Source: an uncultured Clostridia bacterium (GTDB lineage Bacteria; Bacillota; Clostridia; UBA1381; UMGS1253). Taken from it: a stretch of 64,000 nucleotides of DNA. Below, piece after piece: positions 9,546 through 19,662 of the stretch. Under the pieces are notes generated by a model that searched no databases, was not told where the DNA came from, and saw only the letters and a list, made by a program, of their open reading frames with translations. The position numbers and the translations under genes were made by a program. Positions within the stretch are counted from its first letter, which is position 1, and every line of letters starts with the position of its first letter. The stretch lies in assembly GCA_934457145.1 (NCBI GenBank), contig CAKSHP010000001.1:129903-193902 (forward strand), given 5' to 3'.

Positions 9546-11374
9546 TATTCAACCGTAACCGATTTTGCAAGGTTTCTGGGCTTGTCAACATCGCAGCCTT
9601 TATACACTGCCATGTAGTATGCAAAAATCTGAAGCGGAACAATCGAAAGCGCGGGTTGCAGCATGGGCAGAGTTTTTGGAATATAGTAAACAAAATCGCA
9701 GCAGTTTTCCATTGCGGTGTTGCCTTCAACGGTTATTCCGAATACTACGCCGCCTCTGCTTGTTACCTCGACTATATTGCTGACCATTTTATCATAGAGC
9801 TGCTGCTGAGTTGCTATTGCGGCAACACAGGTGCCTTCTTCAATAAGAGAAATTGTGCCGTGTTTAAGCTCGCCCGCAGCGTATGCCTCGGAGTGTATAT
9901 AAGAAATTTCTTTGAGTTTTAAAGAGCCTTCAAGCGCCAGACAGTAGTCAAGACCTCTGCCTAAGAAGAACACGTCTTTTGAATTGTATTTTTTAGACGC
10001 ATATTCCTGAAGCGGAGCCACATTGTCTAATATTTTTTCAACCTTTTCGGGCAGCTTTTGCATTTCGGAAACGATTTGCATATATGTTTTTTCGTCTATC
10101 TTTTCTCTTATATAAGCAAAATACGAAGCAATCAGATACAAAACCTGAAGCTGTGTTGAATATGCTTTGGTTGTTGCAACGCTGATTTCGGGACCTGCCC
10201 ATGTGTATATAACATCGTCTGCCTCGCGGGCAACGCTACTTCCCACAACGTTTACAATTGCTAAAACTCTGGCGCCTATTCTTTTTGCCTCGCGCATTGC
10301 GGCAAGCGTGTCTGCCGTTTCGCCGGACTGGCTTATTACTATAACCAGATCATCGGGCGACAGAATCGGGTTTCTGTAGCGAAATTCGCTTGCAAGCTCG
10401 GTTTCCGTGTTTATTCTTGCAATGTCTTCAAGAACATATCTTCCGACAACGCCCACATGATATGCGCTGCCGCAGCCGATTATATATATTTTGCTTAAGT
10501 CTTTAATCTGCTGCTCGGTAAGCTTTAAATCCTCCAAAAACACTTTGCCTTCGCGTATTCTCGGGCCGATGGTCTCTTTGATTGCGACCGGCTGCTCATA
10601 GATTTCCTTTAACATAAAGTGTTCATAGCCGCCCTTTTCCGCAGCGGACGCATCCCACGTAACGTGAAACGCTTCTTTTTCAATTCTTTGACCGTCGGTG
10701 TCAAATATCTTTACGCTGCCGTCGTTTTTAATCCAGACAATTTCATCGTCTTCAAGAAAATACACATCTTTTGTGTACTCCAAAATTGCGGGAACATCGG
10801 AGGCGATAAAGTTTTCTTTATCTCCGAGGCCGACAATGAGCGGAGCCGCTTTTCTTACGGCAAACATCTCGCCCGGATGGTCAAGAGATATAACGCTTAT
10901 GGCATAGCTGCCTTCAAGGCGGTGCAGCGTTTTTGCAAGCGCCGTTAACATATTTCCGCTGTAGTGATAGTCGATTAAATTGCCTATTACTTCCGTGTCT
11001 GTGTCGGAAACAAAAGAATAGCCCTTTGAGATAAGCTTTTCTTTTAATTTTTTATAGTTTTCTATTATTCCGTTGTGAACAACGGCTATTCTGCCGTTAT
11101 GGCTTAAATGTGGATGCGAATTAATGTCGGACGGCGCGCCGTGGGTTGCCCATCTGGTGTGGCCTATTCCGATATTGCCTTCGATTGCGTTTCCGCCGTC
11201 TATCATATCGGAGAGGATGCTGAGTCTGCCCTTTGCTTTTTTAACAACAATTTCATTTTCCTGCAAAACGGCAACTCCTGCCGAGTCATAGCCTCTGTAT
11301 TCAAGCTTTGAAAGTCCGTTAATCAAAATCGGCGCCGCTTTTTTAGGACCTACATAACCAACTATTCCGCACAT
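9545..11374 (-). CDS. glmS: Glutamine--fructose-6-phosphate aminotransferase (isomerising)
   Basis: The catalytic N-terminus MCGIVGY fixes the start at 11374; the track ORF is extended upstream. SIS domains are present and the C-terminus is DKPRNLAKSVTVE. Confidence 0.97.
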   Translation of the reverse strand: MCGIVGYVGPKKAAPILINGLSKLEYRGYDSAGVAVLQENEIVVKKAKGRLSILSDMIDGGNAIEGNIGIGHTRWATHGAPSDINSHPHLSHNGRIAVVHNGIIENYKKLKEKLISKGYSFVSDTDTEVIGNLIDYHYSGNMLTALAKTLHRLEGSYAISVISLDHPGEMFAVRKAAPLIVGLGDKENFIASDVPAILEYTKDVYFLEDDEIVWIKNDGSVKIFDTDGQRIEKEAFHVTWDASAAEKGGYEHFMLKEIYEQPVAIKETIGPRIREGKVFLEDLKLTEQQIKDLSKIYIIGCGSAYHVGVVGRYVLEDIARINTETELASEFRYRNPILSPDDLVIVISQSGETADTLAAMREAKRIGARVLAIVNVVGSSVAREADDVIYTWAGPEISVATTKAYSTQLQVLYLIASYFAYIREKIDEKTYMQIVSEMQKLPEKVEKILDNVAPLQEYASKKYNSKDVFFLGRGLDYCLALEGSLKLKEISYIHSEAYAAGELKHGTISLIEEGTCVAAIATQQQLYDKMVSNIVEVTSRGGVVFGITVEGNTAMENCCDFVYYIPKTLPMLQPALSIVPLQIFAYYMAVYKGCDVDKPRNLAKSVTVE

Positions 11375-11682
11375 ATATTTTTTCTCCTTTAAAAACAAAT
11401 TTAGTTTCTTTCAAATTATAACATTTTGTTTTGGTGTTGTCAAATAATACGTTTTATTTTCAAAAATAAAAAGGCCGTGTTAAAAAAAATTTAAAAAATT
11501 AAAGTAAATATTGCTTTTTATGTTTTTTAAAAAGCTTATTTATTGTTACATTTATATAAAACAATAAATTTTTTGTTAAATATGAAAAAAAGTATGGTAA
11601 TTTTATCTATTAGATGTTATAATAAGAAGCGTATGCAGACAAATGTGCATATTTAAAACATACAGAAAGGTTTTAATAAGTT

Positions 11683-14418
11683 ATGGGATTATTGGAAAAG
11701 ATATTCGGAAGCTATTCAGATAAGGAATTAAAACGCATCATACCTATTGCAAAAAAGGTTGAAAGCTACGACGCACAGATGAGCGCATTGTCTGATGCGG
11801 AGCTTAAAGGAAAAACGCAGCAGTTTAAAGAAAGGCTTAAAAACGGCGAAACGCTTGACAACATTTTGCCCGAGGCATTTGCGGTTGTGCGCGAGGCGGC
11901 GTGGAGAGTGCTCGGAATGAAGCACTTTTTCGTGCAGATACTCGGCGGTATTATTTTGCATCAGGGCAGAATTGCCGAAATGAAAACAGGTGAAGGTAAA
12001 ACATTGGTTTCAACGCTGCCGGCATATTTAAACGCGCTTTCCGGCAAGGGAGTGCATATTGTGACGGTAAATGATTATCTTGCAAAGCGCGACAGCGAAT
12101 GGATGGGCAAGGTTTACAGATTTTTGGGCTTAAGCGTAGGTCTTATAGTGCATGACCTTGACTCCGAGCAGCGCCGCGAGGCATATAATGCGGATATAAC
12201 ATATGCCACAAACAACGAGCTTGGATTTGACTATCTTCGTGACAACATGGTTATATATAAAGACCAGATGGTTCAGCGCGGTCAGAATTATGCAATAATC
12301 GATGAGGTTGACTCGATTTTAATCGATGAAGCGAGAACGCCGCTTATTATTTCCGGTATGGGAAATAAATCGACTCAGCTTTATCAGATAGCAAACTCTT
12401 TTGCGCGCACGCTTAAAGCAAAATACGTTAAAGAAACCGACGACAAAGAGCTTGACGATGATATTGACGCAGATTACATTGTAAACGAAAAGGCTAAAAA
12501 CGTTACGCTCACGCCGAAGGGTGTTAAAAAGGCGGAGGAATTTTTCAATGTTGAAAACTTATCCGATCCGGAAAACATGCTTATAAGCCATCATATTAAC
12601 CAGGCAATCAGAGCGCACGGCATTATGAAAAGAGATCGCGAGTATGTTGTTAAAAACGGCGAGGTTATAATAGTTGACGAGTTTACCGGCCGTCTTATGA
12701 TGGGCAGACGTTACTCCGACGGTTTGCATCAGGCAATTGAAGCAAAAGAGGGCGTTAAGGTTGAAAGAGAAAGCAAAACCCTTGCAACGATAACGTTTCA
12801 GAATTTCTTCCGCTTATATTCAAAGCTTTCCGGTATGACAGGTACGGCGCAGACAGAGGAAAAAGAGTTTCAGGAGATTTATTCTTTAGACGTTGTTGTT
12901 GTGCCGACAAACCGCGACATGATAAGAGATGATATGGCAGATGTTGTTTATAAAACGCAAAACGGCAAGTTAATCGCAGTTATAGATCAGATTGAAAAAT
13001 GTCATCAGATAGGTCAGCCGGTGCTTGTAGGTACGGTGTCTATCGAAAAGAGCGAACAGATTTCCGCGCTCTTAAAACGCAGAGGCATTAAGCATGAAGT
13101 GCTCAATGCGAAATTCCATGAAAAAGAAGCCGAAATCGTGGCACAGGCAGGTAAGTTCGGAGCGGTAACGATTGCAACGAACATGGCAGGCCGAGGCACG
13201 GATATAATTTTGGGCGGTAATGCCGAGTTTATGGCGAAAAGCGAAATGAAGAAAATGGGCTTTTCGGAAGAGCTTATTGTTGAATCGACAGGCTTTGCCG
13301 ATACCGATGATGAAGACATTTTAAAGGCGAGAGAAACCTTTAAAGAGCTTAACGCAAAATATAAAGAGCATATAAAAGACGAAACAAAAAAAGTGACGGA
13401 TGCGGGCGGACTTTTCATTATAGGCACCGAGCGTCATGAGTCGCGCCGTATAGATAATCAGCTGCGCGGCCGTGCCGGACGTCAGGGAGATCCCGGTAAG
13501 TCAAGATTCTTTTTGTCGCTGGAAGACGACCTTATGCGTCTGTTCGGTTCGGAGCGAATTGCCGGAATGGTTGATAAGCTCGGATTAAAAGAAGATGAAC
13601 CGATAGAAGCAAAGATACTTTCAAACGCAATTGAAAATGCGCAAAAGAAAGTTGAGGGCAACAACTTTGATATCCGTAAACACGTTTTGCAGTATGACGA
13701 GGTAATGAACGAGCAGAGAAAGATGATTTATTCTCAGCGTCAGAAGGTGTTAAACGGAGAAAATATCCACAGCTCGATACTTAAGATGATAGATGAATCG
13801 ATTGAAAATGCAATTCATGTGTACACAAACGAGCGTCAGGTGGAGCAGTGGGATTTTGAGGGGCTGAGCTCATATGCGGTTTCAACGTTCGGCGCTCCCG
13901 AGGACTGCTTCAGCTACACTCTTGAAGGCTTAAACATGCTCGATACCGACATTATAAGAGAGGATTTAAAAGAGTATGCACAAAAAGCTTTAAAACAGCA
14001 GGAAGAGCTTTTCGGCGAAAACCTTTCAGAGCTTGAAAGAGTAATACTTTTAAAAGTTGTTGACACAAAGTGGATGGATCACTTAGACGATATGGAGCAG
14101 CTTAAAAACGGTATCGGCCTTAATGCTTATGCGCAGCGCGATCCGGTTGTTGAATACAGAATTGTCGGTTCGGATATGTATGATGAAATGCTTTTGAATA
14201 TCACAAACGATACGGTTAAGTATTTCTTCGGTGCGCGTCCGGCTCCGAAAACGCTTGAGCGCGAACAGGTTGCAAAGCCGACGAGCGAAAATCTCGGCGA
14301 TGACGGCAGCGTTAAAAAATCTCCGGTTGTTAAAAAAGAAAAAATCGGAAGAAACGATCCGTGTCCCTGCGGCAGCGGAAAAAAATACAAAAAATGCTGC
14401 GGACAAAATGCCGACTGA
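11683..14418 (+). CDS. secA: Preprotein translocase ATPase SecA
   Basis: Walker A reads MKTGEGKT and the DEAD-like motif reads [21 protein letters not shown]. The C-terminal zinc motif is [14 protein letters not shown]. Confidence 0.98.
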   Translation: MGLLEKIFGSYSDKELKRIIPIAKKVESYDAQMSALSDAELKGKTQQFKERLKNGETLDNILPEAFAVVREAAWRVLGMKHFFVQILGGIILHQGRIAEMKTGEGKTLVSTLPAYLNALSGKGVHIVTVNDYLAKRDSEWMGKVYRFLGLSVGLIVHDLDSEQRREAYNADITYATNNELGFDYLRDNMVIYKDQMVQRGQNYAIIDEVDSILIDEARTPLIISGMGNKSTQLYQIANSFARTLKAKYVKETDDKELDDDIDADYIVNEKAKNVTLTPKGVKKAEEFFNVENLSDPENMLISHHINQAIRAHGIMKRDREYVVKNGEVIIVDEFTGRLMMGRRYSDGLHQAIEAKEGVKVERESKTLATITFQNFFRLYSKLSGMTGTAQTEEKEFQEIYSLDVVVVPTNRDMIRDDMADVVYKTQNGKLIAVIDQIEKCHQIGQPVLVGTVSIEKSEQISALLKRRGIKHEVLNAKFHEKEAEIVAQAGKFGAVTIATNMAGRGTDIILGGNAEFMAKSEMKKMGFSEELIVESTGFADTDDEDILKARETFKELNAKYKEHIKDETKKVTDAGGLFIIGTERHESRRIDNQLRGRAGRQGDPGKSRFFLSLEDDLMRLFGSERIAGMVDKLGLKEDEPIEAKILSNAIENAQKKVEGNNFDIRKHVLQYDEVMNEQRKMIYSQRQKVLNGENIHSSILKMIDESIENAIHVYTNERQVEQWDFEGLSSYAVSTFGAPEDCFSYTLEGLNMLDTDIIREDLKEYAQKALKQQEELFGENLSELERVILLKVVDTKWMDHLDDMEQLKNGIGLNAYAQRDPVVEYRIVGSDMYDEMLLNITNDTVKYFFGARPAPKTLEREQVAKPTSENLGDDGSVKKSPVVKKEKIGRNDPCPCGSGKKYKKCCGQNAD

Positions 14419-14444
14419 TAAAAAAGGGGGAGCGTTTGGGCAAT

Positions 14445-15089
14445 ATGACAAAGCTTATTTTGGTGCGCCATTGTCAGAGCATGGGAAATATGCTTAAGAT
14501 TTTTACGGGGCAGACCGATATTGACCTGACCGAACTTGGGAAAAAACAGGCCGGGCTGCTTTGCGGATATTTAGAAAACTATAATATAGATAAAATCTAT
14601 TCAAGCGACCTTGTGCGCGCATATAACACAGCGCTTCCGACAGCAAAGAAAAAAGGCATAGAAATTATAAAGGACAAAAATCTTCGCGAGATAAACGCCG
14701 GTATATGGGAGAAGATGCCGTTTGAGGAGATTGAAAAAAACTATAAAAAACAATACGGCATATGGCTTGGCGATATCGGAAAAGCGGCTTGCCCGGGCGG
14801 AGAATCCGTTTTTGATTTGAAAAACAGAATTGAAAAGGAAATTTCAAAAATCGTTTGCGAAAACGAGGGAAAAACGGTTATGGTTGTGTCGCACGGAACG
14901 CCGATTCGGGCTATGTTTTGCATATGGAAAGGCATTGATATTAAAAACATGAGCGATATTTCATGGGTGGCAAATGCATCGGTGTCGGTTGCGGAGTATG
15001 AAAATATAAAAGAATTGCCGAAAATTACGCTGTACGGTTATTGCGATTATTTAAATGAATATCAGTCAACGCTTCCGGCAAACGTGTGA
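14445..15089 (+). CDS. Histidine phosphatase family protein (GpmB/CobC-like)
   Basis: MTKLILVRHCQSMGN carries the RHG-type catalytic motif, and VSHGTPIR occurs later. The track start at 14361 would overlap secA and adds only a basic non-conserved leader. Confidence 0.85.
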   Translation: MTKLILVRHCQSMGNMLKIFTGQTDIDLTELGKKQAGLLCGYLENYNIDKIYSSDLVRAYNTALPTAKKKGIEIIKDKNLREINAGIWEKMPFEEIEKNYKKQYGIWLGDIGKAACPGGESVFDLKNRIEKEISKIVCENEGKTVMVVSHGTPIRAMFCIWKGIDIKNMSDISWVANASVSVAEYENIKELPKITLYGYCDYLNEYQSTLPANV

Positions 15090-15104
15090 TAAAAAAGACA
15101 AATA

Positions 15105-15148
15105 AAAGGGCGGTGCCTGTCTGTTAGCGGACAGGCACCGCCTCTTTG
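15105..15148. terminator. Bidirectional terminator
   Basis: GGCGGTGCCTGTC (15109-15121) pairs with GACAGGCACCGCC (15130-15142), 13 bp perfect with an 8-nt loop, between convergent genes. Confidence 0.8.
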
Positions 15149-15157
15149 CGTTATAAA

Positions 15158-16249
15158 CTATTTTATTTTGCAGATGAAAATTGCATTGTCACTGCCGTAT
15201 TTTTCGCAGCCTGCCGGCTGCATCCATTCTGCAGCCATAACATAAGATTCGTTTTCGGAATTTGCAACGCCGAAGTTTCCGAGCCTTGCTCCGCGTTCGG
15301 GCACAACAATAAATTCGCTTTGGCGCTCAAGAGAAACAATGCCGTTTTTAAAAATTACCCTTGCGGCAAAAAGAGGCGCTCTATGGCGGAAAACATGGTC
15401 ATTATCAGCACCGCGTCTGGTGTATACCAAATATAAATTATCTTCGGATAAAAGCCAGTGCTGCTGGGTGTTATAGTTGGGAAGAATTTCGTCGTCCTCC
15501 CAAATCCATTTTTGAGGGGAAGAAAAATTAAGTCCGTCGCTGCTTGTTGAAACATAGCCGAACATATCGCTTCGCATTGTCAGAAAATATGTGTTTTTAT
15601 ATTTTATAATCGACGGTTCGTAAACGCCGCGGGGATTGTCGGAAACGTCTATGCTGAGGCGGTTTCCGATTTCCTTTAAAGAAAGGTTTTTGCCGTCAAA
15701 GCCGCAGCGCATAACGGAGGAATTAAAATAGCTGTTGGCGCCGGAGGTGTAGTAAAACGGAATTAAAATATCGCCGTTTTCCGTTTCGAGGCTTTGTCCG
15801 CTTCCGTTGCCGGCATTTTCAAATCCGTTTGGCATTTTAACAAATTTCATCGGTAAAAAGCTTTCGGTTTTGCTGTCCATAACGCTGTAAAACGTGCGGC
15901 GGTTTTTCCCGTTGGGGGCTGAGGCGTTTGGCTCATAGCAGGCGGTGTGCCCCAGGAGGAGCACTTTTTTTGTTTTTTTATGGTACATAGGCGTTGCGTC
16001 GCAGCCGATAAGCGTGTTTTTATTATCCAAAACTATCGGCGCAAGCCCGTCCTGCGGCTTAAATTTGCTCCATGTTTTTGCGCCGTCGGTGCTTTTGCTC
16101 AGCATGATATGCGAAAAAAGGTCGCTTCCGCTGACGTCTAAATTCTGTGCGGTTGCATACATCACATTCGGCGCGGCACACATTCTTGCATGGACTATGC
16201 ATGTTTTTTTGTCATAACCGTTTCTTATCTGATATGTGTTATATTCCAT
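15158..16249 (-). CDS. BNR/Asp-box beta-propeller protein (sialidase-fold, glycosidase-like), no signal peptide
   Basis: Asp-box-like STDGAKTW and a degenerate SSDGLNF are present, and the repetitive beta-strand pattern suggests a propeller. The specific activity is not inferable. Confidence 0.5.
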   Translation of the reverse strand: MEYNTYQIRNGYDKKTCIVHARMCAAPNVMYATAQNLDVSGSDLFSHIMLSKSTDGAKTWSKFKPQDGLAPIVLDNKNTLIGCDATPMYHKKTKKVLLLGHTACYEPNASAPNGKNRRTFYSVMDSKTESFLPMKFVKMPNGFENAGNGSGQSLETENGDILIPFYYTSGANSYFNSSVMRCGFDGKNLSLKEIGNRLSIDVSDNPRGVYEPSIIKYKNTYFLTMRSDMFGYVSTSSDGLNFSSPQKWIWEDDEILPNYNTQQHWLLSEDNLYLVYTRRGADNDHVFRHRAPLFAARVIFKNGIVSLERQSEFIVVPERGARLGNFGVANSENESYVMAAEWMQPAGCEKYGSDNAIFICKIK

Positions 16250-16284
16250 AATAACCTCCGCTTGGTTTATATAATTTAGTACCT

Positions 16285-16313
16285 ATTATACATTATATTT
16301 ACCCGGCAGTAAA
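16285..16313 (-). promoter_or_regulatory. Sigma-A type promoter for the BNR gene
   Basis: On the minus strand: TTTACT (16313-16308), 17-nt spacer, TATAAT (16290-16285). Confidence 0.5.
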
Positions 16314-16340
16314 GAAGTTTTTTTTATTTTTAGAGGTTTT

Positions 16341-16582
16341 TTATTTTTCGCCCAAAAGATATGTTACGCTTGTTTTTAGTATGCGTGCAATTTCTCTTAA
16401 TTCATAATCTGCAACAAATCTTGTGCCGATTTCTATTCTTGAGATGCTGTCGCGCTCGATAATAATTCCCGCAAGTTGCAGCTTTGCCGCAAGCTCGCTT
16501 TGCGTGAGACTTCTTTTTCGGCGGATTTCGTGTATTTTTTCGCCGCAAATATTTTTTTACCGTTATAATCATAAATTTTCAT
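16341..16582 (-). pseudogene. XRE-family HTH regulator interrupted by a frameshift at an A7 tract
   Basis: The ATG at 16582 gives MKIYDYNGKK, then the frame runs into nonsense. The frame shifted by one reads NICGEKIHEIRRKRSLTQSELAAKLQLAGIIIERDSISRIEIGTRFVADYELREIARILKTSVTYLLGEK-stop (16341), a complete XRE HTH. That frame has no ATG, GTG or TTG of its own. The junction is the T7/A7 run at 16552-16558; one extra A restores an 80-aa ORF. Confidence 0.7.
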
Positions 16583-16626
16583 AATTGTAGTATGCACCTC
16601 GTTTTGTGTTAATAATAATATTTTTC

Positions 16627-16655
16627 TTGACTTTAACATATTTTTCATATATAAT
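16627..16655 (+). promoter_or_regulatory. Sigma-A type promoter for the lipoprotein gene
   Basis: TTGACT (16627-16632), 17-nt spacer, TATAAT (16650-16655). Confidence 0.55.
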
Positions 16656-16729
16656 TGTGTTAAAGATAAGAATTTATAAGCTTTTTATAAAAATGAAAAA
16701 AGCAAAAACATTATCGGGAGGAAAAGAAG

Positions 16730-17473
16730 ATGAACAAAAAATTAAGAAGTGTGTTTGCGGTGTTTACGGCGCTGGTTATGGTGTTATCATTTACGGCATG
16801 CGGCAAAACCGACTCGGATAATAAATCCGGAGAAACAGGCAAAAAGACAGAGTCAAAGGCAGATGAGGCTAAAAAGGTTGCCGATGAGTTTTTAAAGGAC
16901 ATTTCAAAGTTTAAGTTTAAAGACGCAGCAGAGCTTATGGACAAGGACGGCGATGTTGAAGATCTTTCAGACGTTAACGGTGTGGATGACTTGGTGAAGC
17001 TCGGTTTAGAGGAAGCAAATTCGGCAGCGGGCAATTTGTCGCAGTACGGACTTGCAGACGACTTTTTGGAAAAAGCGGTCAGAAAAGCGTTTGGCTTTTA
17101 TTCAATTGACTACGAAATAACCGATGCTAAAGAAAAAGACGACAAAACAGTTGAAGTTGATTTTAAAATTGCAGCTGAAAAACCGGATATGAAAGTGCTT
17201 GAAAATCCGGCAGAAAAATATGCAAGCGAAATGCAGCAGTATGCAGAAAGCCTTGCAGGTTCTTTATCGGCAAGTCCGACAGAGGAAGAAAAGGCAAAGC
17301 TTACGGGCAAAGTAATAGAACATGTTTACGATTTGGCGTTTGACGATATAGAAAAAAATCTTATAAAGGACGACATAAAAGGAACGCTTGTTTTGGAAGA
17401 AAAAGACGGCAAGTGGATTATAATTGCAGACGACAGCGATTTAGACGATATCGCAAACTGGTTTGAAGAATAA
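16730..17473 (+). CDS. Acidic lipoprotein of unknown function
   Basis: GGGAGG RBS. The signal peptide has the lipobox-like VLSFTAC-G, and the mature part is D/E/K-rich. Confidence 0.7.
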   Translation: MNKKLRSVFAVFTALVMVLSFTACGKTDSDNKSGETGKKTESKADEAKKVADEFLKDISKFKFKDAAELMDKDGDVEDLSDVNGVDDLVKLGLEEANSAAGNLSQYGLADDFLEKAVRKAFGFYSIDYEITDAKEKDDKTVEVDFKIAAEKPDMKVLENPAEKYASEMQQYAESLAGSLSASPTEEEKAKLTGKVIEHVYDLAFDDIEKNLIKDDIKGTLVLEEKDGKWIIIADDSDLDDIANWFEE

Positions 17474-17486
17474 AAATAAGATATAC

Positions 17487-17525
17487 AAAACGGCGGCGCG
17501 GGAAATTTCCCGTGCCGCCGTTTTC
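17487..17525. terminator. Bidirectional terminator
   Basis: CGGCGGCGCGGGA (17491-17503) pairs with TCCCGTGCCGCCG (17508-17520) with one G-U pair. It is flanked by AAAA and TTTT. Confidence 0.8.
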
Positions 17526-17544
17526 GTACTTAATTTTAGAAAAT

Positions 17545-19647
17545 TTAGCCTATAACAACTTCGATTTCCTTAGGCGCTATTATATTTACTTCGCTGTCAA
17601 GCGTTATATCTATGGTGCCGTAAGGTGTTGGGATTTTTATTTTTGCGCTTTCAAGACCGAAGAGGTTCGGCGTGAATTTAACTTTTTTCATTCCCGGCTC
17701 TAAAATTTCCAGTCCGCTTATTTTGCTCGGAAGCTGATACGACGGGGTTGCGCCCCATGCATGGCTGTAGTCGAAATTATAGCCTTCAAATGTTATCCAC
17801 GCTTCTTTAAGACCTTTATTACATTCTTTGTAAAGCTCTTTCCAGCGCATTATTTCTTTTAGCCCGTATTTTTCAAAAAGCCCTGTTTTGTAAATCGCTT
17901 CAAGCACAAAATGCATAAAATATGGCTGAACACCGTCTAAATTTTCGCTGTATAATGTGCGCTCCAAAAGATCGCTTGAAATTTTTTCGTCGCAGATATT
18001 AAACAGCACGGCTAAAGTGTTGGTATATTTTGAAAAGTATCTGCCGGAAATGTTCGGCGGACAGAAATCGCCGGTGTTTTCGGTCGGAGTGTTTAAACCG
18101 TCGAAATACAAATTTCTTTGTTCGTCAAAAAAGTATCGGTTAAAGGCTGTTTTAACAGTTAAGCTTTTAACATGATACACAGCGGCGGTTTCGCTTTCCT
18201 GTAAAGCGGCAAATATTTTTGAGCAAAGCTGCAGAGCCTTTATATAAAAAGCGTTTAGCGGAGCCTGCCCCATTGCTTTCGGAGGATGGTGCATATTATG
18301 ATTTTGCCGCCATGTCCAGTCTATAAACATAAAGCTCGGGGGCGAGTCTATAATGCCGTTTTCGTCGGTATATGAAAGCATTTTGTCCATAAGGATTTTA
18401 ACGGAATCACTGCAGTATTTTAATGTCCACACATCGCCTGTGTACATATAGTAGTCATAAAGCATCATAACATAGATAAGGCTGTATGTGGTGTGAAACA
18501 TAAAACCGCCGGACAAGCTGAGATAATCGGCAATGCGGATTAAGTCAAAGCGGGTAAGCTGTGTGTCGGAAAATGCGTAATACTCTATAAGGCTTTCAAT
18601 ATAATAATCGCCGGCGCAGCCTAAGTTTTCCTGATGGGCGGGGCTGTCTAAATGAATGCTCTGACGGCAGATACAAAGAGTGTGCAGTCCGAGGTTATAG
18701 ATATTATTTAAATCACTGTCGCTGCATACAAATAAACCGTTTTCCCCGTTTGAGGGATAGCGCGTGAAAACAATGCCGGCATCCTTTAGCGTCATTTTGT
18801 TTTCCGAAAGATTTTTTATTTTAAGGCGGACTGCCGAAAGCGACGTCATGATAAGACTTTGATGATATACATCGCCATCGCCTTTGATTATTTGAATTTG
18901 CAAAGGCTTATTTAAAACCTCGCCGGAGGACAGCGTTATTTCAAATTTTCCATCGGCTTTGATGTCTAAATAAAGATATGCGGAATATATTTTATCATAT
19001 GTGAAAACATATTCTTTATCGCAGCCGGAATACACATCGATCGGCACGAAATCCGAAGCGGGCATTTTTGTTCTTGCGAGAATCGGTATTTGCGAGGTTT
19101 TTAAGTTCCACGCGGGATTTTCAACCAAAACGGCGTTTTTCCATGTGTAGCCGTCTTTTGAGTAATCGTAAAAATTGGCGCTCGGATAGTAGTATGCAGG
19201 AGAGGCAAGCCAGGTGTCATCGGTTACAATCTCGTCTGATGTGCCGTCTTCAAAGGTTACCTGGGCGCTTAAAATCAAGCCGCCTCTGCCTAAAGAGCAG
19301 TCCGTCTGAACAACGGGGTCGATTTGCACCAAAACAAAAATATCAACGCTTGTGCCCTCGGCGGTTAAATCATAGGTGCTGAAATACTGATACGGCATCG
19401 AAGATGTAAAACCATAGTCGCCGCCTGCGCATACCGGACCTGTGCCGACCGTTTCTCCGTTTACATATAAAAAGTATTTGGTATCGGCAAAAATTTTCAG
19501 ATTAAGCGCAGTTACAGGTTTTTCAAAAACAGTTCTTTTTTTAAAGGCACACACTCTGAAATTGTTGTTTTCGCTTTTATCAAACACCGTTTTTCGGCAG
19601 GTGATATATTTTTTATTGTCAGTCCATATAAAACTTGCGTTCTTCAT
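17545..19647 (-). CDS. Six-hairpin glycoside hydrolase, alpha-L-rhamnosidase (GH78)-like
   Basis: The N-terminus (ASFIWTD ... LKIFADTKYFLYVNGETVGTGP) resembles the GH78 N-terminal beta-sandwich. The central HLDSPAHQENLGCAGDYYIE resembles the D-x-P-x-R-E-x-x-G-W-x-GD region. There is no signal peptide. Confidence 0.55.
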   Translation of the reverse strand: MKNASFIWTDNKKYITCRKTVFDKSENNNFRVCAFKKRTVFEKPVTALNLKIFADTKYFLYVNGETVGTGPVCAGGDYGFTSSMPYQYFSTYDLTAEGTSVDIFVLVQIDPVVQTDCSLGRGGLILSAQVTFEDGTSDEIVTDDTWLASPAYYYPSANFYDYSKDGYTWKNAVLVENPAWNLKTSQIPILARTKMPASDFVPIDVYSGCDKEYVFTYDKIYSAYLYLDIKADGKFEITLSSGEVLNKPLQIQIIKGDGDVYHQSLIMTSLSAVRLKIKNLSENKMTLKDAGIVFTRYPSNGENGLFVCSDSDLNNIYNLGLHTLCICRQSIHLDSPAHQENLGCAGDYYIESLIEYYAFSDTQLTRFDLIRIADYLSLSGGFMFHTTYSLIYVMMLYDYYMYTGDVWTLKYCSDSVKILMDKMLSYTDENGIIDSPPSFMFIDWTWRQNHNMHHPPKAMGQAPLNAFYIKALQLCSKIFAALQESETAAVYHVKSLTVKTAFNRYFFDEQRNLYFDGLNTPTENTGDFCPPNISGRYFSKYTNTLAVLFNICDEKISSDLLERTLYSENLDGVQPYFMHFVLEAIYKTGLFEKYGLKEIMRWKELYKECNKGLKEAWITFEGYNFDYSHAWGATPSYQLPSKISGLEILEPGMKKVKFTPNLFGLESAKIKIPTPYGTIDITLDSEVNIIAPKEIEVVIG

Positions 19648-19662
19648 ATTAAATCTCCGTGA

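Noticed and set aside
16583-16648. Upstream extension of the XRE ORF (MKNMLKSRKILLL...), and a 58-aa basic third-frame ORF starting at the second ATG.
   Set aside because: The extension overlaps the divergent lipoprotein promoter. The third frame has no recognisable domain. The HTH frame explains the locus better.
17793-17801. DnaA-box-like 9-mers (TTATCCACG here, TATGGATAA near 21643) and the idea that the window contains oriC, given that rsmG, parB and gyrA are present.
   Set aside because: These are isolated 8/9 matches inside coding sequence. There is no cluster of boxes, no dnaA or dnaN, and no AT-rich unwinding element next to boxes.
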